A DNA stretch of 64,000 nucleotides from Myxococcota bacterium (GTDB taxonomy: Bacteria > Myxococcota_A > UBA796 > UBA2385), in assembly GCA_044344255.1 (NCBI GenBank), contig JBIJDH010000003.1, positions 320,001 to 384,000 of the forward strand, in the 5' to 3' direction. The notes below the pieces were generated by a model. That model did not search any database. It was not told the DNA's origin and saw nothing but the letters and a program-made list of their open reading frames with translations. The position numbers and the translations under genes are program-made. Position 1 is the first letter of the stretch. Every line of letters begins with the position of its first letter. Shown here in pieces: positions 45,969 to 54,980 of this stretch.

Positions 45969-47867
45969 ATGATCAGCGAGAACAAGCAGACCGCGGGTGG
46001 TGTCCAGGCGATGACGGCGAAGGGACGGCTGCGGTCGCGGACGACCGCCCGAGCGCTCCTCGTGCTCGCCGGACTGTCGGCGGGCTGCATCACGCCCTCC
46101 AGCTCGGACAAGGGCTCCGGCTCCGATGACGGGGCAGGGGACGGCGCCGACGGGGGTGGGACCACGCCCGCCACCATCTATGACATCCAGCAGGGGAACG
46201 TCGAGGTTGATTCCCAGGTCAGCCTCAGCCGCGTGATCGTCACCTCCCCGCTCACCTTGGACGGCGAGGGCTTCTTCATCTCCGAGGCGGAGGGCGGTGA
46301 GTACAGCGGCGTCTACGTCTTCCTCGGCACCGGCGGCCTGGGCGAGCTCTTCCTCTCGGTGGGCGACGAGCTGTCGCTCACCGGCGTGGTCAGCGAGTTC
46401 TACGACTACACCGAGCTCACCGTGAGCTCGGACAGCATCACCGTGACGGGCACGGGCACGGTCGCCCCCACCCCGGTCGACAGCCCGTCGGACTGGGAGC
46501 CCTACGAGGGCGTGCTCGTCAGCCTCAGCGCCCAGTCGGCCCTCGAGTGCCCCGACAGCTACGGCGAGACGGCCCTCTCCGGCGGCATCGCCCTCGACGA
46601 CCTCCTCTACCGCTACGAGTCCGAGCGGGGCGCCGAGTACTCGGAGGTGGTGGGCCTCGTGTCTTACGGCTTCGAAGAGTACAAGCTCAACCCGCGCGGC
46701 ACCGAAGACCTCGCCGGCTACGTCCCCGGCGAGGGCTGCACCGCCACCGTCGCCGAGTGCCAGCAGGACGGCATCACCGGCTCGGTTGACCTCGAGGGCG
46801 TGGTCGTCACCAGCCAGATCAACAACTTCTTCGGCTTCTACGTCCAAGACCAGGGCGGCGGCGAGTACAGCGGGATCTACGTCTTCAGCTACGAGGACGT
46901 GGCCGCCGAGCTCGACATCGCCGTAGGCGACACCGTGAACCTGCACGGCTCGGTGAGCGAGTACTACGACTTCACCGAGATCTCGCTCACCAGCGTCGAT
47001 GACCTCGTGAAGGTGGCCACCGCTGAGCCCGTGAGCACCGAGCTCGTCGAGGCCCCCGCCGACTGGGAGCCCTACGAGGGCGGGCTGCTCACCCTCCGCG
47101 ATGTGGAGGTGACAGGCGACATCGACAGCCACGGTCAGGTCACGACCAACTACGGCGTCGTGATCGACAACGACTTCTACGACTACGACCTCTCCTCGGG
47201 CGACGTGCTGCCCTCGGTCACCGGGCTGCTGGCCTGGAGCTTCGACGCCTGGCACCTCAACCCCCGCGGCGCGGAAGACGTCACGGGCGGTGGCGGCGGT
47301 GGTGGGACGGGCACCGTGGCGACGATCGCCGAGATCCAGAGCGGCGGCGTCACCGGGACCGTCACCCTCGAGGGGGTCACGGTGGTCAGCGGCATGACGG
47401 CGGGCGACGGTTTCTTCGTGCAGGACGACGCCGGCGCCTACAACGGCATCTACGTCTACGTGGGCAGCAGCGGCATCACCGTCAACCAGGGTGATCAGGT
47501 CACGCTCACGGGTGACGTGTCGGAGTTCTACGACCTCACCGAGATCGCGATCTTCGACGCCGCTGACCTCACCGTCACCGGCACGGGCGTCCCGAGCGCC
47601 CTCGTGCTCTCCTCGGAGCCCGCCGACTGGGAGCCCTACGAGGGCGTGCTGGTCTCGGTCCTCGCCGATCTCACGCTCACGTCGGACGCCGACGAGTTCG
47701 GGGTGTGTACGACGAGCTGGACCAGCCTCCAGATGGACGACGCCCTCTACGACTTCGACGCCACCTACGGCGACGGCGAGGTCTTCTCGCTCGTGACCGG
47801 GCCCATCACCTACGATCACGAGACCTGGCGGATCCTGCCCCGCGAGTCTGGCGACCTCGCTCACTGA
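45969..47867 (+). CDS. Acidic lipoprotein with three tandem OB-fold-like repeats (ExeM/YhcR-type N-terminal module)
   Basis: SAGC lipobox and three copies of TI.(D/E)IQ...GF(F/Y)...SG(V/I)YV...GD.V.L.G.VSE(F/Y)YD.TE...DWEPYEG...(N/L)PR. GGAGG RBS before the ATG at 45969; alternative start 46011. Confidence 0.82.
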   Translation: MISENKQTAGGVQAMTAKGRLRSRTTARALLVLAGLSAGCITPSSSDKGSGSDDGAGDGADGGGTTPATIYDIQQGNVEVDSQVSLSRVIVTSPLTLDGEGFFISEAEGGEYSGVYVFLGTGGLGELFLSVGDELSLTGVVSEFYDYTELTVSSDSITVTGTGTVAPTPVDSPSDWEPYEGVLVSLSAQSALECPDSYGETALSGGIALDDLLYRYESERGAEYSEVVGLVSYGFEEYKLNPRGTEDLAGYVPGEGCTATVAECQQDGITGSVDLEGVVVTSQINNFFGFYVQDQGGGEYSGIYVFSYEDVAAELDIAVGDTVNLHGSVSEYYDFTEISLTSVDDLVKVATAEPVSTELVEAPADWEPYEGGLLTLRDVEVTGDIDSHGQVTTNYGVVIDNDFYDYDLSSGDVLPSVTGLLAWSFDAWHLNPRGAEDVTGGGGGGGTGTVATIAEIQSGGVTGTVTLEGVTVVSGMTAGDGFFVQDDAGAYNGIYVYVGSSGITVNQGDQVTLTGDVSEFYDLTEIAIFDAADLTVTGTGVPSALVLSSEPADWEPYEGVLVSVLADLTLTSDADEFGVCTTSWTSLQMDDALYDFDATYGDGEVFSLVTGPITYDHETWRILPRESGDLAH

Positions 47868-47904
47868 GCCCGATCGGGTGGGCGCGCTCTGGTAGAGTGC
47901 GCCC

Positions 47905-48831
47905 ATGAAGGTCGTCGTCACCGGTGGTGCTGGGTATGTGGGGAGCACGCTCGTGCCCCGCCTCTTGCAGGCGGGGCATCGTGTTCATGTGCTGGACAGC
48001 TTGATGTTTGGGGGGGAGGCCCTGCTCCCGCACTTCATCCATCCGGGCTTCAGCTTCGCGCAGGTCGATGTGACCGACCGCGGCGCGCTGGCTCGGGAGC
48101 TCGAGGGGGCCGACAGCGTCGTACACCTCGCGGCCCTGGTCGGGTACCCGCTGTGTAAGAAGCTGCCGCGGCAGGCGGTCGAGGTCAACGTCGACGGGGC
48201 GCGCAATGTCTGTGAGCTCGCCCCGGCTGGCGCGCGCCTGCTCTACGCCTCCACCGGCTCGAACTACGGAGAGGTGGAGGGTGTCTGCACCGAGGACACG
48301 CCGCTCAACCCGCTCAGCCTCTACGGGGAGACGAAGACACAGGCGGAGCAGATCTTCCGGTCGCGGCCCAACTCCAAGGCCCTGCGCTTCGCGACGGCCT
48401 TCGGCACCTCGCCGCGGATGCGCCTCGATCTGATGATCAATGACTTCACCTGGCAGGCGGTGCACCGCCGCTACCTCGTGGTCTACGAGAAGCACTTCCG
48501 GCGCACCTTCATCCACGTGCACGACATGGCCCGAGCCTTCGAGCACGCCCTCGCCCGCTGGGATGACCTCCACCACGACGTCTACAACGTCGGTCACGAG
48601 TCGCTCAACTACACGAAGCAGGACATCATCCGCCTCCTGCAAATGCGGGTGGAGTTCCTTTGCTACTTCGCCGAGTTTGGCAAGGACGAGGACCGCCGCG
48701 ACTACGAGGTGGACTACAGCCGCGTGCGCGCCACCGGCTACGAGACCTCGGTCGACATCAGTCGCGGCCTCGGTGAGCTGGTGCAGGCCCTGCGGCTGCT
48801 CCCGATCCGGAACCCCTACTCGAACGTGTAG
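47905..48831 (+). CDS. NAD-dependent nucleotide-sugar epimerase/dehydratase
   Basis: TGGAGYVGS, HLAALVG, ASTGSNYG, YGETK, RMRLDLMIN. Confidence 0.93.
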   Translation: MKVVVTGGAGYVGSTLVPRLLQAGHRVHVLDSLMFGGEALLPHFIHPGFSFAQVDVTDRGALARELEGADSVVHLAALVGYPLCKKLPRQAVEVNVDGARNVCELAPAGARLLYASTGSNYGEVEGVCTEDTPLNPLSLYGETKTQAEQIFRSRPNSKALRFATAFGTSPRMRLDLMINDFTWQAVHRRYLVVYEKHFRRTFIHVHDMARAFEHALARWDDLHHDVYNVGHESLNYTKQDIIRLLQMRVEFLCYFAEFGKDEDRRDYEVDYSRVRATGYETSVDISRGLGELVQALRLLPIRNPYSNV

Positions 48832-48858
48832 GGGCGGGCCGCGGTCACCGGACCGCGG

Positions 48859-49608
48859 TCACGGGGGGAAGGGGTCTGCAGGGTCAGCGGAGAGCAGGGT
48901 CTCGGTGGGCACCCAAGCCTTCCGTCCGTCGGGCAGGTGGATGAGGCTGCTCTCGCCGCTCTGCTCATCGACCTCGACCAGCGCGCCCTCGTGGAGGACG
49001 AAGAGCTCGACGCCGTCGGCGCTGGGGGTGCTGCGAGCGCTCACGGCCGGCGCGGTGATGACGGCGCCCGGCTGCTCGCGAGAGGCCACCACCGTGGACA
49101 GGGTGAGGAGGGCCGACAGGGAGAGGAGGGCGGTCGTGGGCCCCGTCCAGAGGCGGACGCCCCCGCGGAGGCGGTGGCCGAGGACGAGGCTGAGGCCGAG
49201 AGCGGCGCAGAGCCCGGCCCCGAGGGCGCCCTGGCGAGGGGAGAGCCAGCCCTTCCAGAAGAGCGGGCTGGGGCCTCGCTCGGTGGCCTCGAGACGATCG
49301 GTGGTCTCCCGCACGGCGCGGTCGAGGTTGGCCTGGAGGTCGGGATCACGCGGCGCGAGCACGAGGCCGCGGCGCCAGGCGGCGATGGCCGGCCCCCGCT
49401 TGCCCTGGCGGTAGAGGGCGTTGCCGAGGCCGTGGTAGACGACGGGATCGCGGGCTCCTGCCTCGAGCGCCTCGAGGAAGCGCGCGGCCGCGGCTGGGGC
49501 GTCACCGGCCCGATCCGCGGTGACCCCCGCCTCGTAGGCCTCCTGGCCGCCCGCGTGGGCCGCGGGGTTGAAGGCCAGGGCGAGGCCGAGCAGAGCGGCG
49601 GGGCTCAT
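48859..49608 (-). CDS. batE: BatE-like TPR plus SH3 protein
   Basis: YHGLGNALYRQG TPR, DLQANL, two TM helices, LFVLHEG...GRKAWV SH3-like end. Confidence 0.85.
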   Translation of the reverse strand: MSPAALLGLALAFNPAAHAGGQEAYEAGVTADRAGDAPAAAARFLEALEAGARDPVVYHGLGNALYRQGKRGPAIAAWRRGLVLAPRDPDLQANLDRAVRETTDRLEATERGPSPLFWKGWLSPRQGALGAGLCAALGLSLVLGHRLRGGVRLWTGPTTALLSLSALLTLSTVVASREQPGAVITAPAVSARSTPSADGVELFVLHEGALVEVDEQSGESSLIHLPDGRKAWVPTETLLSADPADPFPP

Positions 49609-51239
49609 CGACCCTCCAGGATGAAGGCGCGGAGTCGGGCTTCGAGATCGGCGCCCCCCATGCCGCCGTACCGCGCGGCGTCCAGGTCGGCGTAGAGCTG
49701 GAGCGCCACCTCGCCGAGGGGCGCGACGGCGGCGCGGTCCAGGCCGGGGGCCGGTCGCCCGAGGCGGAGGGCGGCCGCCTCTCGGAAGAGGGCCTCCAAG
49801 GCGGCGAGGCGGGCGACGGGCTCGGTGGGGAGGGACACGAGGCGCCGCTCCAGCTCGACCCGCGGGTCGATCGGACGCCGCCGCAGCCGCCCCCGCAGCC
49901 CGACGCCGACGAGGCCGAGCACGGGGAGGGTCGGGAGGCCGAGGGCGAGGGGGAGGGCGGCGCGCAGGCTGTGGTCGCCGACGGAGGCGTCGCCTGGCAC
50001 GGGGAGGATGTCGTCGCCGAGCGCGCTCACCTCGCCGCGGCGGTCGGCCCCGTCGGCGGCGTAGCTGGTGACGAGGCCGCCGCCGTCGCCCGGCGCCACG
50101 CGGAGGGTCAGGGCGGGGGACTCGAGCTCGCGGTAGGCGCCGACCTCGGGATCGAAGGTGGGGATGCGGAGGGCCGGGATCTGGAGCGCGCCCTCGGACT
50201 GCGGCACGACCGCCCGCTTGAAGACCGCCACGCTCTGAAAGCCGTCGGCGCTGAGGCTCGAGGTGATGACGGGCGCGTCGTCGTAGACGCGGAGCGCCGC
50301 GCTCTCGGCCAAGGGCGGCAGGTGGTAGCCGTCGAGGGAGCCGGTCCCTGCGAGCGTGATCTCCATCGTCACCGACTCGCCGAGCTTGAGCTCGGAGGGC
50401 TCGGCCTTCACGGAGAGCGCGAAGCGGCCCACCAGCCCGGAGAAGTCGGCGGGGCGGCCCTCCTTGGGCAGCGGGCGGATGGTGAGCGGGATCGCAGGGG
50501 CGGTCCAGCTCTCCTGCTTCCCCGCGCGGCCGAAGGCCTGCTCGAAGAAGTCGTCGCGGCGGCCTCGACGGGCCTTCCGCGCCTCGGGGACGATGCCGGT
50601 GAGCAGCGAAGGGCTGATCGTGTGGGCCCCGGGAGCGGAGGCGAGCAGGGGGACCACGAGCTCGGTCACCGCGACCGGGACCCCGCCGTCTTCGATCGTG
50701 TAGGTCTTCTGGTCGGGCTCGACGCCCTTTTGCTGGATGAAGCCGTCAAAGTCGGGCGGGGACCACCGCTGGTCGGCCACCTGCACCCGCGAGCGGAAGT
50801 GGAGCTTGTAGGTGACCACCTCGCCCTGCCACGGGGCGGGGTTGGACAGCGTGGCGGAGAGGTCGGTGGCGGTGGTGGCCTCGGCGCTGCGCGGGCCGAC
50901 CTTCACGGTGATGGGGGCGGCGTGGAGGGCCTCACCGCCGACGGTCAGATCGAGCGGGCCCACCTCCCAGCTCCCCTCGGAGAGGGCGGTGAGCGCGTAG
51001 GAGTACTGGACGATGCGCGTGGTCTTGAAGTTGACCATCATCGTCTGCTGGCCCTGGGACTGGAATTCCAGCTTGAGCCCGCGCTCGACGGGGAGGTCTG
51101 GCAAGCCGCGGGCCGGGGCGTCGATGAACTGGACGGTCAAGCCCACGGTCTGGCCGACCGTGAGGGCGGTGCTGTCGGCGACGATCTGGACGGAGCCCGC
51201 GGAGGCCGCGGCGATCCACAACAACAGGCTGCTCATCAC
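49605..51239 (-). CDS. batD: BatD family protein
   Basis: Signal peptide, YSYALTA, IRPLP...FSGLVGRF, FDPEVGAY, C-terminal TM. Position in the bat operon. Confidence 0.88.
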   Translation of the reverse strand: MMSSLLLWIAAASAGSVQIVADSTALTVGQTVGLTVQFIDAPARGLPDLPVERGLKLEFQSQGQQTMMVNFKTTRIVQYSYALTALSEGSWEVGPLDLTVGGEALHAAPITVKVGPRSAEATTATDLSATLSNPAPWQGEVVTYKLHFRSRVQVADQRWSPPDFDGFIQQKGVEPDQKTYTIEDGGVPVAVTELVVPLLASAPGAHTISPSLLTGIVPEARKARRGRRDDFFEQAFGRAGKQESWTAPAIPLTIRPLPKEGRPADFSGLVGRFALSVKAEPSELKLGESVTMEITLAGTGSLDGYHLPPLAESAALRVYDDAPVITSSLSADGFQSVAVFKRAVVPQSEGALQIPALRIPTFDPEVGAYRELESPALTLRVAPGDGGGLVTSYAADGADRRGEVSALGDDILPVPGDASVGDHSLRAALPLALGLPTLPVLGLVGVGLRGRLRRRPIDPRVELERRLVSLPTEPVARLAALEALFREAAALRLGRPAPGLDRAAVAPLGEVALQLYADLDAARYGGMGGADLEARLRAFILEGR

Positions 51240-53017
51240 CAGTCCTTCCCGCTCTGGCGGCGTCCGCCGGTGCTGACCCGCGGCGAGCCCTCCTTTACCC
51301 CGTCGATCAGGCGGGCCGCCTCCTCAGGGCTCATGCCCTCCGCGGGCGCGCCCGCGGCGGCGCCCTCACCGGGCGCGCCGGTGTCCTGGCCCTGTGCGGC
51401 CTGCGCCGACCCTTCGGCCTCGCCCTCCGCCGGCTCCAGCTCCCCGCGATCGCCGACCTGGCCTGAACCCTCTGGGGCCTCTGCCCCCTCGGGCGGGCCT
51501 TGCTGGGGGTCCTGCTGGCCCTGCTGGCCCTGTTGGCCCTGCTGACCCTGCTGGTCTTGTTGGCCCTGCTGGTCTTGTTGGCCCTGCTGGTCTTGTTGGC
51601 CCTGCTGGTCTTGTTGGTCTTGCTGCTCCTTCAGGCGAGCGGCGATCTCCCGCTGGACGGCCTCGGCGTTCTTCTTCGCCGGCGCGTGGTCGGGGGCCTC
51701 CTCGAGCACACGCTGCCAGTCTTCCTGGGCGCGGGTGAGCTCACCCCCCTTGTAGGCGGCGAGGCCGCCGTTGTAGCGCGCGCGCTGCTTCTGGGCGGGA
51801 TCGAGGCTGCGGTCGGCCACCCCCTCGAGGACCTGACGGGCCTGGTCGTAGTCGCCGGAGCGGTAGAGGGCCTCGCCGAGGCGCTCACCGAGCGAGAGGT
51901 CGTCGGGGTGGAGGGCCTGCTCGCGAGCCAGCTCCTGGGATCGGGCCGCCCAGTCGGTGTTGTCGGCGGCGCGGGCCGCCCCGATGGCGAGGAGCAAGGC
52001 GAGGCTGGCCGCGCCGGCCGGACCTCCCGGGAGGCGGAGGGGGCCCGGCCGGAGGGCGGCGGTCGCGGCGGACAGCACGAGGGCGGCGAGGAGGAACCAG
52101 GGAAACTCTTCATCCCACACCTTGTCTCTCCGGGCGCCTTGTTCGGCCTGCTGGAGCTTTCCGCGGATCTCTCCCTCGTAGATCGCGGCCACGTCGGCGT
52201 CACTGGCCCCCGCCCGCACGTACGCGCCCTGGCCGACCTCCGCGATGCGCGTGAGGGTCGCCTCGTCGAGGCGGCTGAGCACGACCTTGCCCGAGGCGTC
52301 CTCCTTGAAGCCCCCCTCGGGGAGGGGGATCGGCGCGCCGTCGGTGGTGCCGACGCCGAGCGTGTAGAGGTGGATCCCCGCCTCGCTGGCGGCCTCGGCG
52401 GCGGCGAAGCCCGTGCCCTCGTTGTCCTCTCCGTCCGAGAGGATGAGGATGGCCTGGTCGGCCGCGCCGCGGTCTCCGAGCAGCTTCACGGCGGCCTCGA
52501 TCGCCGCGCCGAGGTCAGAGCCCTGGGCGAGCAGGGTCTCGGGGCTCGAGTCTGCGACCATGAAACGGAGGGCCCCGTAGTCGAGGGTGAGCGGCATCCG
52601 AGGGTAGGCCCCTCCGGCGAAGAGCACGAGCCCGACTCGGTCTCCGGCGAGGCGCTCGGTGAGGTCGTAGACCTCTCGGCGGGCCCGCTCCATCCGGGAG
52701 GGGGAGACGTCGGCGGCGTACATCGAGCGGCTGACGTCGAGCACGATCACGAGGTCGAGGCCCTGCCGCTTCACCTCGACCCACTGGTAGGTCCAACGCG
52801 GCTGGAGCAGCGCGAGGATCCCAAGGGCGAATGTTAGGAAGGTGAGGACGGCTCGGCCGCGGTGATAGCCCTTCAGGCCCGCGCTGACCCGGCTGCCAGC
52901 GAGGGCCCCGAGGGTCCGGAGCGCGGCCTCTCGGCGGACCAGCGCCCAGACGAGGAAGAGCGACAAGGCTGGGAGCAGCCAGAGGAGCGGGAGGAGCTCC
53001 GGGCGCCCGAGGGTCAT
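51236..53017 (-). CDS. batB: BatB/BatC fusion: VWA, TPR and Gln-rich region
   Basis: LDVSRSM MIDAS, PLTLDY, LSDGED, LDEATL, YNGG TPR, QQD/QQG tract, C-terminal KDW. Confidence 0.88.
   Translation of the reverse strand: MTLGRPELLPLLWLLPALSLFLVWALVRREAALRTLGALAGSRVSAGLKGYHRGRAVLTFLTFALGILALLQPRWTYQWVEVKRQGLDLVIVLDVSRSMYAADVSPSRMERARREVYDLTERLAGDRVGLVLFAGGAYPRMPLTLDYGALRFMVADSSPETLLAQGSDLGAAIEAAVKLLGDRGAADQAILILSDGEDNEGTGFAAAEAASEAGIHLYTLGVGTTDGAPIPLPEGGFKEDASGKVVLSRLDEATLTRIAEVGQGAYVRAGASDADVAAIYEGEIRGKLQQAEQGARRDKVWDEEFPWFLLAALVLSAATAALRPGPLRLPGGPAGAASLALLLAIGAARAADNTDWAARSQELAREQALHPDDLSLGERLGEALYRSGDYDQARQVLEGVADRSLDPAQKQRARYNGGLAAYKGGELTRAQEDWQRVLEEAPDHAPAKKNAEAVQREIAARLKEQQDQQDQQGQQDQQGQQDQQGQQDQQGQQGQQGQQGQQDPQQGPPEGAEAPEGSGQVGDRGELEPAEGEAEGSAQAAQGQDTGAPGEGAAAGAPAEGMSPEEAARLIDGVKEGSPRVSTGGRRQSGKDW
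51511..51626. repeat. Coding 9/18-bp tandem repeat (QQG/QQD) in batB
   Basis: Repeated ccctgctggtcttgttgg units. Confidence 0.9.
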
Positions 53018-53976
53018 GGGAGCCTCCGGAGCCAGGTCTCGCTGAGGAGCAGCCGGAGGGCGAGCAGCAGGAGGCCAGCGGCGAGCCAAGGGTGATACCG
53101 TTCGTCGCGGTGAACGAACTCTTCTACCTTGGCCGTGGTCTTCTCCATCTTGTCGATGGTGGCGTACACCGCCTCGAGGGCCTGGGTGTCGGCGGCGCGG
53201 AAGTACTCGGCGCCGGTGGTGCGGGCGATGGCGGTCAGCGTGCCCTCGTCGAGGTCCGAGCGGCCGCCCATGCCGAAGAAGCCGCCCCCGCCGCCGGCCG
53301 AGCCCATGCCGACGGTGTAGACCTTCACGCCGAGGGCCTTGAGCGCCTCCGCGGCCTCGAGCGGCTTCAAGGCGCCTGCGTTGTTGCGGCCGTCGGTCAG
53401 CAGGATCGCGATGCGGGAGGGGGCCTCTAGGTCTTTCAGGCGCTTGCCGGTGATGGCGAGGGCGTCACCGACCGCGGTGGCCTTGTCCCCCGCCATCCCG
53501 ATCTGAACCTGTCCGAGGAAGTTGGTCAGCGCGGCGTGATCGAGGGTGAGCGGCACCTGCGTGAAGGCCTCCGAGCCGAAGACCACGAGGCCGATCCGAT
53601 CGTCGGGGCGGCGCTCGATGAAGTCGGCCACCACCTCCTTGGCCGCCTCGAGGCGGTTCGCGGCCCGCCCCCCGATCTGGTAGTCCTCGGCTTGCATCGA
53701 GCCGCTGGTGTCGAGCACGAGCAGGATGTCGATGCCCTCGCTGTCGATGCTGCGCTCGCGGTTGACGAGCTGCGGGCGGGCGAGGGCCACCACGAAGAGG
53801 AGGAGCGCCACGGAGCCGAGGAGCTCGGGGAGCCAGGCGAAGGTGGCCCGTAGGGACGGACGGAGCTGGACCGCGGCGAGGCTCGAGATCGCGAGGCGCG
53901 GCCGGCGGCCGAGCCACGGCGCTGCCACAGCGAGAGGGACCAGCAGCCAGGCCCAGGGGTTCGCCCACTCAAGCAC
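53014..53976 (-). CDS. batA: BatA VWA-domain protein
   Basis: ALARPQ, LDTSGSM, DRIGLVVFG, TQVPLTLDH, LLTDGRNNAG, LDEGTL. GTG start at 53976. Confidence 0.92.
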   Translation of the reverse strand: MLEWANPWAWLLVPLAVAAPWLGRRPRLAISSLAAVQLRPSLRATFAWLPELLGSVALLLFVVALARPQLVNRERSIDSEGIDILLVLDTSGSMQAEDYQIGGRAANRLEAAKEVVADFIERRPDDRIGLVVFGSEAFTQVPLTLDHAALTNFLGQVQIGMAGDKATAVGDALAITGKRLKDLEAPSRIAILLTDGRNNAGALKPLEAAEALKALGVKVYTVGMGSAGGGGGFFGMGGRSDLDEGTLTAIARTTGAEYFRAADTQALEAVYATIDKMEKTTAKVEEFVHRDERYHPWLAAGLLLLALRLLLSETWLRRLP

Positions 53977-54859
53977 GGGTCGCCTCCAGGATCGCGGCGA
54001 AGTCTTCGTCCATCTCCTCGAAGAAGCGGGCGCCACCGCCCTCGCGGGCGAACTTCAAGCGGTCGGTGGCGTCGAGGATCTGGCCGGCGCGGAGCCTGTG
54101 GGTGAGGTCGAGTAACGAGTTCGCTTCGAGGTAGGCGAGGATCTCTCGGGTGGTCCGCGTGGTGGCGGGCCAGCCGCTCGCCGCGCTCAGGTACTCGCGG
54201 AAGATACGGGAGAGGGCGACAGCGAGGCTGTGGTCGTCGAGGCCGGTGGCGCGCGCGTGGGCCCAGGCACGCGCCGCGATCAGGGCGGGCGGATCGGGCA
54301 CGGCGACGGGCGCCGGGCGCCGCGAACGCACCCACCAAGCGTAGGCGATCCCGACGGTGACCAGAAGCGCCGCGCCGCACCCGGCGGCGATGAGCCCCCA
54401 GGGCGGCGGCGCCGGGGGCGGCGCGGCCTCGAAGTCGGCCATGTCGCCACCTTGGGGGCCGGTCACGCCGATGTCGACGAAGACGGGCGGCAGCGTGATC
54501 TCTCGGGTCTGGCCGCCGGGCCCGGTCGCGGTCACCGGGGGAAACGCGATCACGTAGCTGCCGTCGGGCCCCTCGAAGCGGGTGTGATCGACCCGCAGGT
54601 CTCGCTCGCCCACGCGGGTCGGCGGATCGGAGCCCTCGGCGCGCGCGGTCAGCCCCTCGGCCGTGGCGGGGGGCGCGCTGATCGACCAGCCCTCAGACTG
54701 CCAGGTTTGGAGGGCTACCTTCACGGGTTCGCCGCTGCCTACTTGCTTGTCTTCGACCACCGCGAGGAGATCGACAGGAGGCGGCGCCAAGGGCGGCAGC
54801 GCACGATCACCGCAGGCGGTGAGCAAGGTGAGCAAGGTGAGGGGGAGGAGGCGAGGCAT
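53969..54859 (-). CDS. Bat-operon accessory protein (DUF4381-like)
   Basis: LTAC lipobox-like, one TM helix, LSRIFREYL...TTREIL...DRLKFA. Lies immediately upstream of batA. Confidence 0.75.
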   Translation of the reverse strand: MPRLLPLTLLTLLTACGDRALPPLAPPPVDLLAVVEDKQVGSGEPVKVALQTWQSEGWSISAPPATAEGLTARAEGSDPPTRVGERDLRVDHTRFEGPDGSYVIAFPPVTATGPGGQTREITLPPVFVDIGVTGPQGGDMADFEAAPPPAPPPWGLIAAGCGAALLVTVGIAYAWWVRSRRPAPVAVPDPPALIAARAWAHARATGLDDHSLAVALSRIFREYLSAASGWPATTRTTREILAYLEANSLLDLTHRLRAGQILDATDRLKFAREGGGARFFEEMDEDFAAILEATRA

Positions 54860-54980
54860 GGAGACTCGAGCGTCGGGCCGCGCCCCGGCGCCGACCCTTG
54901 GGCGGAGGGAGACACCTGAGGCCGGCCCTCCTATCCCGGGGCCCGCTGGGATAAGCGACCGGGCCTTCCGCGGGAGCCGC

